A stretch of 64,000 nucleotides of DNA from Selaginella moellendorffii (Eukaryota > Plantae > Lycopodiophyta): the NCBI RefSeq assembly GCF_000143415.4, contig NW_003314269.1:582401-646400 (forward strand), read 5' to 3'. A program made the translations under genes and the position numbers. Under the pieces are notes generated by a model. It saw nothing but the letters and a program-made list of their open reading frames with translations. It did no database searches and had not been told where the DNA came from. Shown piece by piece: positions 1 to 10,336 of the stretch (its first letter is position 1; the number at the start of each line of letters is the position of its first letter).

Positions 1-421
1 TGCCTGCTGCCACAGGGACAAACTATATGGGCCAAACACATGCTTCTCACCTGCAATTTTAAGAATAACTCTTAATACATGTAGTTAGAGGGATTATACC
101 AGGTTGAATCTCCACATATCCTTTTTCCTTGAGGCTTTTGGTTATGAAAAGGGAGATTTTAATAGTTGAGCCTACTACTGTGGTTGGAATGGAGATCCTT
201 GCTGCTGCTGTAGTAGCTGCAGCAATCGTCCTAGTAGAAACACCAAACACCCTCACAACCCCATTGGCGACAAGGCGAGTGGTTAAGGCTGCTCCTGCTC
301 CTCCAATGAGGCTTACTATTGAACCCACGATGGTGGCTATGCGCACTGCTGCCTGATCCGGGCCAACCTTGACAACATAAGTGTCTGTGGTGTTGTTGTA
401 GACAGAAAGATAGGACCCCAT
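1..421 (-). CDS. Uncharacterised protein with a central Gly/Ala-rich hydrophobic segment; 3' end runs off the window
   Basis: ATG at 421 (MGSYLSVYNNTTDTYVVKVGPDQAA...IQP), a 49-nt GT-AG intron at 51-99, then GEKHVFGPYSLSLWQQA continues in frame. Confidence 0.7.
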
Positions 422-519
422 TGTTCTCGTTTTTTTTTTGGAACCCTTTATATGCTCATGAGTTAGGACAGAGAGAGAGGCCCCAAGCAAGCACTCAAGG
501 AGCTGATCAACTGCCTCGA

Positions 520-1100
520 ATCTGGAGGATTTTGCAAGCCAGGTGCTCCTTCTGGCTATAGCAAACAAGGGCTAGATTATGCAAACTAGCCAACAAAGAC
601 AAGATATCACTCCTTTGCTCAAATGCTCACTCACTACACACTGGACTGCTGCCCCAACACTCCCCAATGTAGTATTTAAATGCGTTCCTTACCTTATTCG
701 ATTCTGGCCGAGGTGGACAATTTCCAGTCGATGACATTATCAAAATTTGGATGAGCTAGACATGGGACCACCTGTGGGTCCAGCTCACGAGCCCAACTAG
801 TGCCTGTGTGGTCCACATCATACACTGGCAGTGGCTATCCTTTTAATCTCCACAACCCAACCATGGCCACCACTTTCTACTCAATATTTTTCTCCACAAG
901 AAGATGGGCCTCACAATGAATATGATATGGAGCTCAATGAAAACCATAATATCAAAGAAATCATAGTAATAATGTTTTTTCTTTCAGAGTTTAATAGGAA
1001 GTTAAACATCACCAAGATTTTGACAGCCTGACCTTGGTGACGAGGGCAAGGCACAAATTACAAAATGCTCACTTGATCCTACAAATTGACCAATGATTGT
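520..1100 (-). repeat. Degenerate duplicate of the Lhcb promoter/5' cassette plus a short piece matching the DUF212 intron
   Basis: 620-960 aligns with 14190-14610 (aatgctcactcactacacactggactgctgccccaacactcc...ccatggccac...aatatgatatggag); ttgatcctacaaa[t/c]tgaccaatg occurs at ~1073 and ~20393. Confidence 0.85.
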
Positions 1101-1884
1101 TCCTACTTGCCTTGGTGGAGTGAAGTTACTACTAATACCCTAGTTCTTGGATTCTTATTCCACTTATAGAGAAGCTAGGATTTTGTTAACTCACACTAAC
1201 AAACTGCATATAAAATAGAGTATAAGTACCATCAACTATATAAAAACAAATATCATAAAAACATCTCGACTTTTTAGTAAATATATTACAAAGAGATTAA
1301 TATACAATGAAAGTCCAAACGGTCTTTCAGATATAAGTAGAGGACTAAAACTTTCTCACATCTAACCAAAACGAAGTGGAAAATTAAAGATTTTTTATCC
1401 CAGAATATAGTTATTTAACCTGTAAATAAATGGTATTAATCAGAAAAGTAATAAAATATTCTCTAAAGTTTGAAAATTAATGTGATGTAGTTGTGAGCTT
1501 CTTACTTGAAGAGTGAATTTATAATTCCTCATTTTGAGTGTTTTATAAAATGTTTTTATAGACTTTCTTTGATTTATTTTAAATTCATTCTATTTAACTT
1601 TAAATTCTTTATTGTTTCTTATTTTCCATTTATGTATTTGTCACTACTGAAACAAAGAAGAAATAGAGAAATATAAAAATAAATAAAACATCTTGTAAAC
1701 TTGTAAGCTTTGCTAATAGTGCTCAATAATTAGCTATTAGCATGTCTTTATTCATGGCTATATGTTGGTTATATACTTAAGCATCCTGTGAGTGCTTTGG
1801 TTCATGATTTCTTAGAAGATATGCAAGACAAGCTTGAGTTAGCAAAATTAAACATGCCCAAGAACCTAGTGTTTTTCCTCACTA

Positions 1885-2290
1885 AACTAAACACCAAGCA
1901 TCATCAAGCTTGTATCTGCAAGTGGTGTAGAAGTGGATTGGAAGTTAAAAGCCTTGGAGCAGCCCAAGTGCTGGACACTGAGAGGTTTGTTGCTATGGCT
2001 CGTTTGGGTGGTGCCATCTTCCTTCTCCATGTCCCTGTGAACTTGAAATGTGGCCAGAAACTTGGGATTGTCAGGGAAGGAGATTTTGGAGGGATCCAAT
2101 TTCTAGGCCTGGCAAATGCTATTGTCTAGAAGGATCTCTTCAAAAATTCTAAACGTTGACGACTGTGAGACATAGATGATCCAACTGCCGTTGGGGCTCC
2201 AGTCAAGGCAAGTGATAATGTCGTGGCTGCTAGAGAAAGTGTGGAGCAGCTCAGCTGCAGTGCTTCCCATGCCACGCGCTCTGGCAGTGG
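1885..2290 (-). pseudogene. Degraded WD40 (PWP2-like) gene fragment
   Basis: ELLHTFSSSHDIITCLDWSPNGSWII...FRIF resembles a WD40 repeat; broken frames, CpG-poor. Confidence 0.35.
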
Positions 2291-2399
2291 AAGACATTGC
2301 TGGCAGGCTCTCCCAGTGGAGTGTGAGAGTGGGCCTAGCCAAGCTCAAGGACATTGATCGTGAAAGTGCTTCCCAATAGACAGCGTCATCCTCCAAATA

Positions 2400-2767
2400 T
2401 TACTTCTTGACGAGAACAAGCAAGACAATATCCAGCTCTCCAGAAGGAGACGACACCGTAACCTTGGATGGCATTCGCTCATACATGAGCTCCACCACTT
2501 CCTGGTTGCCAATGTGCTTCTGGATGAAGAGCTTTCCAATACTTGGTTGCCGTGGCAGCATAGCTGGAAGATTTTGGATCCAGCCAAGGAAACTTGAGAT
2601 TTTCCAAGTGAATGACAGTGAATTGCTGGTCCAGATGACCTGACCTCGTCCCCACTGCGAAGATACGCAGGGAAATTGAAAGTATCCAAGCTTTCCTGGC
2701 TCACAAGCCCCTGCTCACCGTTGACCGGGTCAGCATATGTGTTGACTAAACACACACACACACACAC

Positions 2768-2815
<48 letters not shown>

Positions 2816-3575
2816 TTACCTCTTGGATGAGATCCTTCCACACTGATTGGAAGGGGAAATCGGCCTCGTTGAGCTCGTGGGAGAGTCTTATGGGAAACAT
2901 CAAGAGGAGGATGCCTCCGGTGACTAATTCTTGGGCCCGGCTATGGAGGAAGATGGAGAGATCGTCGCTGGCTTGCTGGGCAAAGGCTTCGATTGCCACG
3001 AGTGGCGAGGATCTGGAGACAAACATGCTGTCTCTGTTCCAAGCTGGCGAATTCTTGTCCGTGATCGACTCTGGAATCTATGCGCAGAGGTTTGAGCCTG
3101 CTTAGAGAGGTCGATTGGGCGAGACTGACCTTGGAGAGGTAATGCAGTGCGTAGCTCGTCATTGCAAAGTGGATAGAGGAACGAGGAAAGAGCCTGCCAT
3201 AGAACGACTCGGGAACACCACTAAAGAAGTATGGCTCACCTTGGGGATGTGAGACTAGAGCGAAGAGAGTGTTGAAGTCATTGACTGCCAGATCCGAGAA
3301 GATGGCCTGGATCTCCAGAGGTTTTCGATTGCTCTCGCAGCCGGATTATCTCTCACGAAGTCAAAGGCCTGGATCGTGTTGGAGCCGTGGGAACATCCCA
3401 AGTCGACAATTCGAATCACATCCAAGGAGGAATCGAGGAAGAGAGGAGCACTACTCGCGATGGCTTGCTCGATTGTGGCGTGGACGCTGCTGAATCCTTG
3501 GGCCTGAAGACCGGAATTGCGATGGTAGCTATCCTTTCCAGAGCCGCTACGAACACATGCTAGATTGCCAATCAT
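2400..3575 (-). pseudogene. SABATH-family (Methyltransf_7) SAM-dependent methyltransferase, frameshifted
   Basis: Motifs GxGxDSYxxNS, IVDLGCSHGSNT, SDLAVNDFNTLF, VPESFYGRLFP, YALHYLSK, RAQEL..GG, LDTFNFPAY; introns 3078-3129 and 2711-2819; frameshifts near 3350 and in exon 3. Confidence 0.85.
2749..2812. repeat. Compound (CA)n(GA)n microsatellite in a SABATH intron
   Basis: Read directly from the sequence. Confidence 0.95.
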
Positions 3576-3673
3576 AGCCGTCAAATTCTCCCGGCACTAG
3601 ATTAGAGTAAATAACAAGGTTTAGTGCGCGGGAAAGAGCTAGGGTTTGGGATGGGCGAATTCACTCGTTCGAG

Positions 3674-5242
3674 ATGAGGGTGCTGGCCTGTCCCTGCGCG
3701 ACATTGTGGGCGGCGACGCACACCAAGCCCAGCGCCGCCACCACCACCCTCGTCTCCTCCACCGCCAGCACCGCCCAGGTACTGTCTCTCCAATGCGGAC
3801 AGCCAGCGCCGCCAGACATCTGTGATCATCACCATTATTCCAGGGGATTCTCGCTGCCTAGGGTTCTTGAGCTTGGGCATCTGGATCGCGATGATCCAGC
3901 AGAGAAGGAATTGGATCTACCAGCGTACAGAAATCTCATCCAGAGAAGCAGCGATGCCAAGAGCGCGCTCAAGCTCTACTGGCGCGCGCGCCAGCAATTC
4001 CTGGGCGTGGAATCCACAGGGATCCCTCCAGACGGCAGTGATCGAGAGTTGGCGCCTCCTCCACCCGGGGATCGCCTCGCCGAGACGTGGAATTCGATCG
4101 AGGAGATGGGCGTGGCGGTGCTGGAGCTCTGCCTGGCGGCGCTGGCCAGCGGATTGGCAGGCGGTGAGAACCGCTACGTTCTCGAGAAGCTCTTCCTCAA
4201 GATGCAGTACGCGCGCCTCCCAATCTCCAAGTTCCAGTGCCGCCGCTTACTCCTCCAATGCGGCGGCGCCGCCAACGATCACGTCCTCCTCCGCGCGCTC
4301 TACGCCTTCATGCGCCGCCGCCGGATGCTCACCACCGCGCTGTGCAACCACAGCATCCAGGCCCTGGGCGAGCACGGCAAGTGGTGGGCGGCGCTGGAGA
4401 TCTTCGAGACCATGGCGGAGGCGGGCTGCCCGCCCAACGATCTCACCCGCAAGCTCATCCGCGAGCAATTCTCCTTCCTCCTCCGCGCCGCCAAGAGGAA
4501 GAAGAACTCGTGGAGGTGGAGCTTGATGCTCCTGGGCAAGATGGAGGACAAGGGGCTAGAGCCCGGGAAGGAGGCGTGGGACGTAGCGATGGTGGCGTGC
4601 GCTCGCGCCGGGCGGAGCAAAGAGACGCTGGAGCTCTTCGCGCGGATGATCCGGGCGGGCCACGCGCCCGACGCGCGATCCTTTGGATCGCTGCTCAGTT
4701 CGATCGAGAAGGGGCGATTGGTCTCGATCCGGGACATGGAGCTGGTCCTGGAGAGCATGCGGAGGAGCGGCGTGAGGCCGATCGAATCGATCTACACGAC
4801 GCTCATCGCGGCGCACGGCAAGGCCGGCGGTGGCGCCGCCGCCGCCATTCCCAGGATCGTGGAGGAGATGCAATCGCAAGGAGTGGCCATGGGGCTGGCG
4901 AGCTACAATGCCATCATCACGGTGTGCGCGCGCGGCGGCGACGCGGCGGGGGCGGTGGAATGGATGCGCAGGCTCGAGGCGGCGGGGATCGAGCCCAATT
5001 CCATTACGTATAACAAGCTGGTGGAGGCGCTGGCTGCGGGGAATCGGTGGCGGGAGGCCATGGCGGCGTACGTGGCCATGGTGGAATCCGACCGGCTGGA
5101 GCCATCGCCATGGGCCTACGATGCTCTCGCGCGGGTGTGTAGAGCGAATAGCATTCCAATCGACCACCGCGTCGTGGGATGGAGGCCGAGACAACTGATC
5201 CAACACCGCCTAGAGGAAGAAGAAATCCACCAAGAACCCTAA
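3674..5242 (+). CDS. LPE1: P-class PPR protein, LPE1-like (chloroplast), intronless
   Basis: 522-aa ORF; the KWWAALEIFE...WRWSLMLLGKMEDKGLEP...SLLSSIEKG pattern matches LPE1/At3g46610 as I recall it; Ser/Thr/Ala-rich N-terminus. Confidence 0.8.
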   Translation: MRVLACPCATLWAATHTKPSAATTTLVSSTASTAQVLSLQCGQPAPPDICDHHHYSRGFSLPRVLELGHLDRDDPAEKELDLPAYRNLIQRSSDAKSALKLYWRARQQFLGVESTGIPPDGSDRELAPPPPGDRLAETWNSIEEMGVAVLELCLAALASGLAGGENRYVLEKLFLKMQYARLPISKFQCRRLLLQCGGAANDHVLLRALYAFMRRRRMLTTALCNHSIQALGEHGKWWAALEIFETMAEAGCPPNDLTRKLIREQFSFLLRAAKRKKNSWRWSLMLLGKMEDKGLEPGKEAWDVAMVACARAGRSKETLELFARMIRAGHAPDARSFGSLLSSIEKGRLVSIRDMELVLESMRRSGVRPIESIYTTLIAAHGKAGGGAAAAIPRIVEEMQSQGVAMGLASYNAIITVCARGGDAAGAVEWMRRLEAAGIEPNSITYNKLVEALAAGNRWREAMAAYVAMVESDRLEPSPWAYDALARVCRANSIPIDHRVVGWRPRQLIQHRLEEEEIHQEP

Positions 5243-5346
5243 ATCTAAGGCCAAGAACCCTATAAAAACAAGAGCTTAAAAAGGGGTTAAAGCCGAAAAA
5301 AGTGTTACACAGAATGGGAGCTTTTGTTCTTACACAAAAAATTTGT

Positions 5347-6446
5347 CTAGAGGATTTTTTTCCTCTCGAAGTAGGATTTGAGGTGCCACAGCTGCCACGC
5401 CGCTACCATGAGGCACAGGAAGAGCGACATGATGCTAAACCATGCCACTCGAGCGTTCGTAGTCTCGTTCACGCCGCGCATCTCGGCTTCCCTGCAAGGA
5501 TTCACAGCTCGACGTTGTGAGATCACCCAGCTCTGAAAGAACGAAGAAGAGATTACTTGTCTCGCAGGTAGTACATCTCCTCCCGGATCGAATCAACGAC
5601 GTCTTCGAGCCTCCGAAGTTCCAGCTCCAGTCCCTGTTGTTGTTGTTCTTAGTGAGGAGGAGAAACACAGCGGAGCCAAGCATTTACCTCGAGTTTTTCT
5701 TTCTTGGCAATGCTGGCCCAATCTTTCGCTGCGACTCCAAACTTCCAGTCGAGCTCGATGCTTGCTGGGACATTGTCGGCGTGGGAGTGCATCCAGAAGC
5801 AAGCCATGTAGTTCCCGGCCTCGGTCGTCGTGAAGCCAAACTGGCCTTCGTCTTTGTTCTCCGCGAAGTGTAAAGTTGTACCATAGGGAGAAGTTAACTG
5901 AGAGAAGAAAATGCAAACGAAAAGTTAGAACTTTAGACAACACGAAGATAAACCAAGAGAACCTCAAGATTTTCATGAAGATCTTGAGGAGAAAAGTTAG
6001 AGCGCGACAAGCTTTATACCATCCAAAAAATTCCAAACCAAATCAAAAAAATGGGAGTAAGAAAACCAAAGTTATTCTCTCCATCCAAGAAAAAATTCCA
6101 AGCCAAACAAAGCACAAAGAACAGAAGAAACACTCAAGAAATCCGTCCAGGAAAAGCAAGAGAGAAATCGCTGGAAGCCTTGCATGACGGGGTCAACAAC
6201 ACAAACCAGAGTTAACAGGAGAGAATCGATCCATACCCTTGCGTTGATCTTGGGATTGCTACCGTGCGGGAGATCCGCCTTGACGATGTGGTAATTCGCG
6301 AGAACCAGAGTGTTCGTCTGCAGATCCTCCGAGACGCACTTGGTCCCAGCTGGGGCGATATCGAATCGAATGGCCTGGGAGTGCTGGAGTACGAGGAAGA
6401 AGAAGATCGGCAGCACCTGGATCATCGAACGAAGAAACCCCGCCAT
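5347..6446 (-). CDS. p24-delta (emp24/gp25L/TMED10) GOLD-domain cargo receptor
   Basis: Signal peptide, KCVSEDL, GQFGFTT...[13 protein letters not shown]/coiled coil, C-terminal TM followed by a FERKKIL dilysine tail. Confidence 0.9.
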
Positions 6447-6501
6447 AGCCGCGAGCACGCCACTGAAAATTAGGGCTTATGGTAGACCTAAAAACAGAGC
6501 T

Positions 6502-8612
6502 ATGGAAGGAGGAGAAGAAATGGCGTTGGTCGTCGAGTGCCGGGCGGGCCATGGTGGAGAGCGCACTGCCACGATCCTCCAACGCAGGAACAGCGGCGGC
6601 AGCGCATCCAAATCCTCCCAGATTCGCGTCCGGAGGTAATCGATCGAGCGCATTCTTAGCTTAAAATCTCGAGAATTTCAGCTTGGCTAGAATCTAAGCT
6701 TGGTTTTCGCAGGGAGAAGACCAGGAGGATTGCTCCGTGGACTTGGATCGTGCTCGCGTTTTTGCCAGAGGTCACATTTCCCGATTTGACGATCCTTCCA
6801 TTGTAAAGAATCTTTCTTTTTTTTCTCTCTCTCTTGCAGGGCTATCCAAGCAGCGTGAGCTCGGATTACTTGGCCTTCCAGACCTGGGACACGCTACAGG
6901 TATTTCTTTTCTTCACTGGATTCGTGGAGTTTTTACATTGTTTGTGTGGATTTTCTTCCCAGGGTCTGTCAACTTACATACGAAGCATGTTATCCACTCA
7001 GGTGATCGCTTGGACGAAATGTATGAATCGAGTTCTTACACGGATTTTTCAGGCTCTTCTCAGTGGCATTGGAGTTGGAGCTGCGACAGCAACTGCGATA
7101 GGGGCAACGTTTCAGGTACTTGGATCTTTGTTTCTTCCTTGCTTTGCAAATTCTGATTGTTTTAACTGGCAGTGGTTTTTGCGCGATCTAACTGGGATGG
7201 TGGGAGGCATAGTGTTCACTCTATACCAAGTGAGTAGACTCACTCTTTTACTCTATTTTACGAACTGGATGTTTTTGCAGGGCTCTAATCTGGACAATCG
7301 AGCGAAGCAGTGGCGTCTAGCTGCTGACTTCATGAACGACATAGGTAAGGAGCTTCTCTAACTTAAACCGGACAGCTTTTCCATTCACATGATTTCTAAA
7401 AGAAAAAACGTTAAAACACAGGAATGCTCATGGACCTGGTTTCTCCTTTGTTTCCCAGGGCTTTCATGTTCTTTCTTTGCCTAGGGAGCGCCGCAAGAGC
7501 AGTGAGTAAGAATGAAAACCGCCTCTAACGATGTCGACTCCAGGATTAAAGTTCTGCGTTTGAATCAGCTGGTGTGGCCGGTGGAGCTACGAGAGCCGCT
7601 CTGACGCAACACTTCGCCAGGAAGCAAAATGCTGCCGACGTTTCAGCAAAGGTAATTCGTGATATCTAAGCATATCCCAGCCTAAAACTCGAAGTTTCTT
7701 TGAGCAGGAAGGCAGCCAAGAGACCGCAGCAACGCTCGTCGGGATGATCGTGGGGATGTTTCTTGCGCGATTGACTGCAAACAACATTGTTTTAATGTGG
7801 ACCTCTTTCATGTCACTGACAGCGTTCCACGTGTATGGTAAGTGCTCTCCACACAACGAAAAATACGTGCTCTTATGGACTCTCTGTTCGCAGCAAACTA
7901 CAAGGCGGTGTGTGCTCTGTGCCTTACAAGCATCAACGCTGAAAGAATGGCGATTGTTCTACAAAGTTTTCTCAAAGATGGAAAAGGTGCGTGAGGATAT
8001 GTATTCGTCAATGCTCAGTGTTTTCTTTCTTTGTGCCGTCGCAGCTCCTTCCCCGGAAGAAGCATCGGCCCAGGAGAGTGCACTGCCGAAGCCTTTCACG
8101 TCCAGAAATGGCATTATCTTTGGTGCGAAAATCTCGTCCTTGTGCGAGGATGGAAGGTGACGAGTTTTGGATATCCTTGTAACGTTGCAAAGAGCCGTGA
8201 GTTTACATTGCACAGGTGGGAAGCGTGTTCTTCGGCTATCGAGAGATATGGAACAGGTGCGTCCATAGTTTGTTTTAGTTTGTAAGTAACTTTTTATCTG
8301 CAGGAAAGTATCTACTAGTCTGCCAAAGAAATTCCATCCAGGTGGTTCTACACCACACAGCAACGTCCAAGGATTACTTGCGTGCCTACACTCACGCTCT
8401 TCTTCTCAAGCACAAGAGCGCGGACGAAGATCTGTGCTCCAAATGGATGGGAGAGAACTTTCACAAGCTCTATGCCCTGGTAAGCAGTTAAAATCATCAC
8501 AATCGTTTCTTATTCTCTTTCATTGTAGATGCAAGAATGTGGCTGGAAAGTCGATCACGTCTTGATATCCCCTTTGGAATGGAGGGCAGAATGGCTTTCC
8601 AAGCAGGAGTGA
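6502..8612 (+). CDS. RUS3: ROOT UVB SENSITIVE 3-like (DUF647) protein
   Basis: GYPSSVSSDYLAFQTWDTLQ, GATFQWFLRDLTGM, GSNLD..AKQWRL.AD.MND, GATRAALTQHFA, KEGSQET; many short introns. Confidence 0.9.
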
Positions 8613-8666
8613 CGATGATCACGCTTCCAATCGATCAATCAAATAACAAACTAACCTCCAGGACAT

Positions 8667-10083
8667 CTAGAACTTGGACACCTGGCTCTTCCCGTCAATT
8701 CCGTACCACCAGTACTCGAACGAGCCCTCCACAAAGTTGTAGTAGCCGCCATGGAGAGCAAGCGTGCCGCTGGAGACCGCTTCCTTGATGAAAGGGAAGG
8801 CAAGAAGGTTTGCCAGCGACACATTTACGGATTCCTGCAAGGACCAAACTTGTTTTAGCTTGAAAGTTTGGACAAAGTTCTTGTCACTTGCCTTCTCGCA
8901 TTTTGTACATTGGTGCTCAACTTGCTGCTGGGCTGCTGCGGCGAGCGTCACGGCACGAGCTGGACGTCCGATTTCGACCCAGTCCTCAATGAACGAACTG
9001 TAAGAAAAGGCAAGGTGGATACTCTCTCGTCACGCGAATGTGAGACTCACCTCCATTTGTTTGTGTTTTCTTTTTGTGTCATGAGAGCCTTGATGCCACC
9101 GCATCTACTATGTCCGATCACCAAAATGTTCTCGACCTGGAGAGACGTTTCTTCAGCTAAAACACGAAAAAAGATCCAAACCTTTGGTTTACCTTGAGAG
9201 CCGTGACTGCGTATTCAAGAGCTGCACTCGTTCCTGGATAGCCAGCCTGTGAACTTAACGTTTTTGGTGAGCTCAAAAACGTTTCTAAACCAGTAGATAC
9301 CTGTTCCGGAGGAGGCACCATGTTTGCAATGTTGCGAACGACAAATGCTTCCCCTGGCTGGAACCTCAGAATTGTTGTGGGACAAACTCTAGAATCGGAG
9401 CAAGCGATCACCATGAACTGGAAACCAAAAAAGAAAAAAAAAATTCAAGAAAAAAGCACCGTAATTGAGGACACAACATTGATCGACATCGATCAAACGT
9501 GCTGACCTTGGGATGTTGTCCTGTGGCCAATTGGCTGAAGAGCTCTGGTTTTTGGCTGGTCAAGTAGCAGCAGTGAAACGGAAGAATTGAATTGATAGCT
9601 TACTTGTATGTCTCTTGCTTGAATCTCTGGAAACCCTGCTTGATTCTTTCCGCGGGTGCCAGCCTCGTCTGAGCAGAGAAAACCTTAGCAAAATTCTAAA
9701 GAGCACAAGACGGATACCCACTTGCTGAACTTGCTGAGAACAAAAGATCTTCTTCCTCAAGATAGCGGCTGCATTCTGAGGCTTCTCCACACAGTAATTG
9801 GAAGCACGATCCTTCTGTTGCAGGAATTCGGAGCTGGGCAGAGCTCGTGCTCGCTGAAGCGACGACATGGAAATCTCCGGAGATGGATCTCTAGGCACCA
9901 AAGCTGTAGAGAATTCCCGAGTAAATATATTGGCGACTGAGCATCTGCTACAGAATATTCAACAGATGAGTTCTCAGATGGAATCGTCTCTTACCTCCCG
10001 AGAGATTGGATCCACGAAAGCGATGCTGCTGCTATCTGGCCATAACTGGTTTCACGAAGAACAAACGCTTCTCGGCGAAGCAT
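8667..10083 (-). CDS. Beta-class carbonic anhydrase; 5' end uncertain (ATG at 9868, 10083 or 10218)
   Basis: Zn-ligand motifs [10 protein letters not shown] and GHSRCGGI, plus [17 protein letters not shown] and LHGGYYNF. Confidence 0.92.
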
Positions 10084-10336
10084 GAGACTTTCTGTGCGTA
10101 ATTGCTCCTTGCTCCTCTTCTTTGCTCTTCGTTGCTCTTCTTCGCGTTGGACAGCATGAGGAACTCGCGTGGAGGTGTGACGTGCTCTTGGATGAGGCTG
10201 CTTGTCTGGAGAGTCCATCCAAGGACACGTCGGACTTCGGGACCAGATAACACTTCACAGGAATCCTGGTTGCTGGGAACTCTTCTGAGCGGAATGTTTG
10301 TCGCTACACTGTATCGCCGCAAGCACTAACTGCAAA

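Noticed and set aside
3822-5206. Several long overlapping ORFs within the PPR gene
   Set aside because: Alternative-frame artefacts of very high GC; low-complexity Arg/Ala/Gly products
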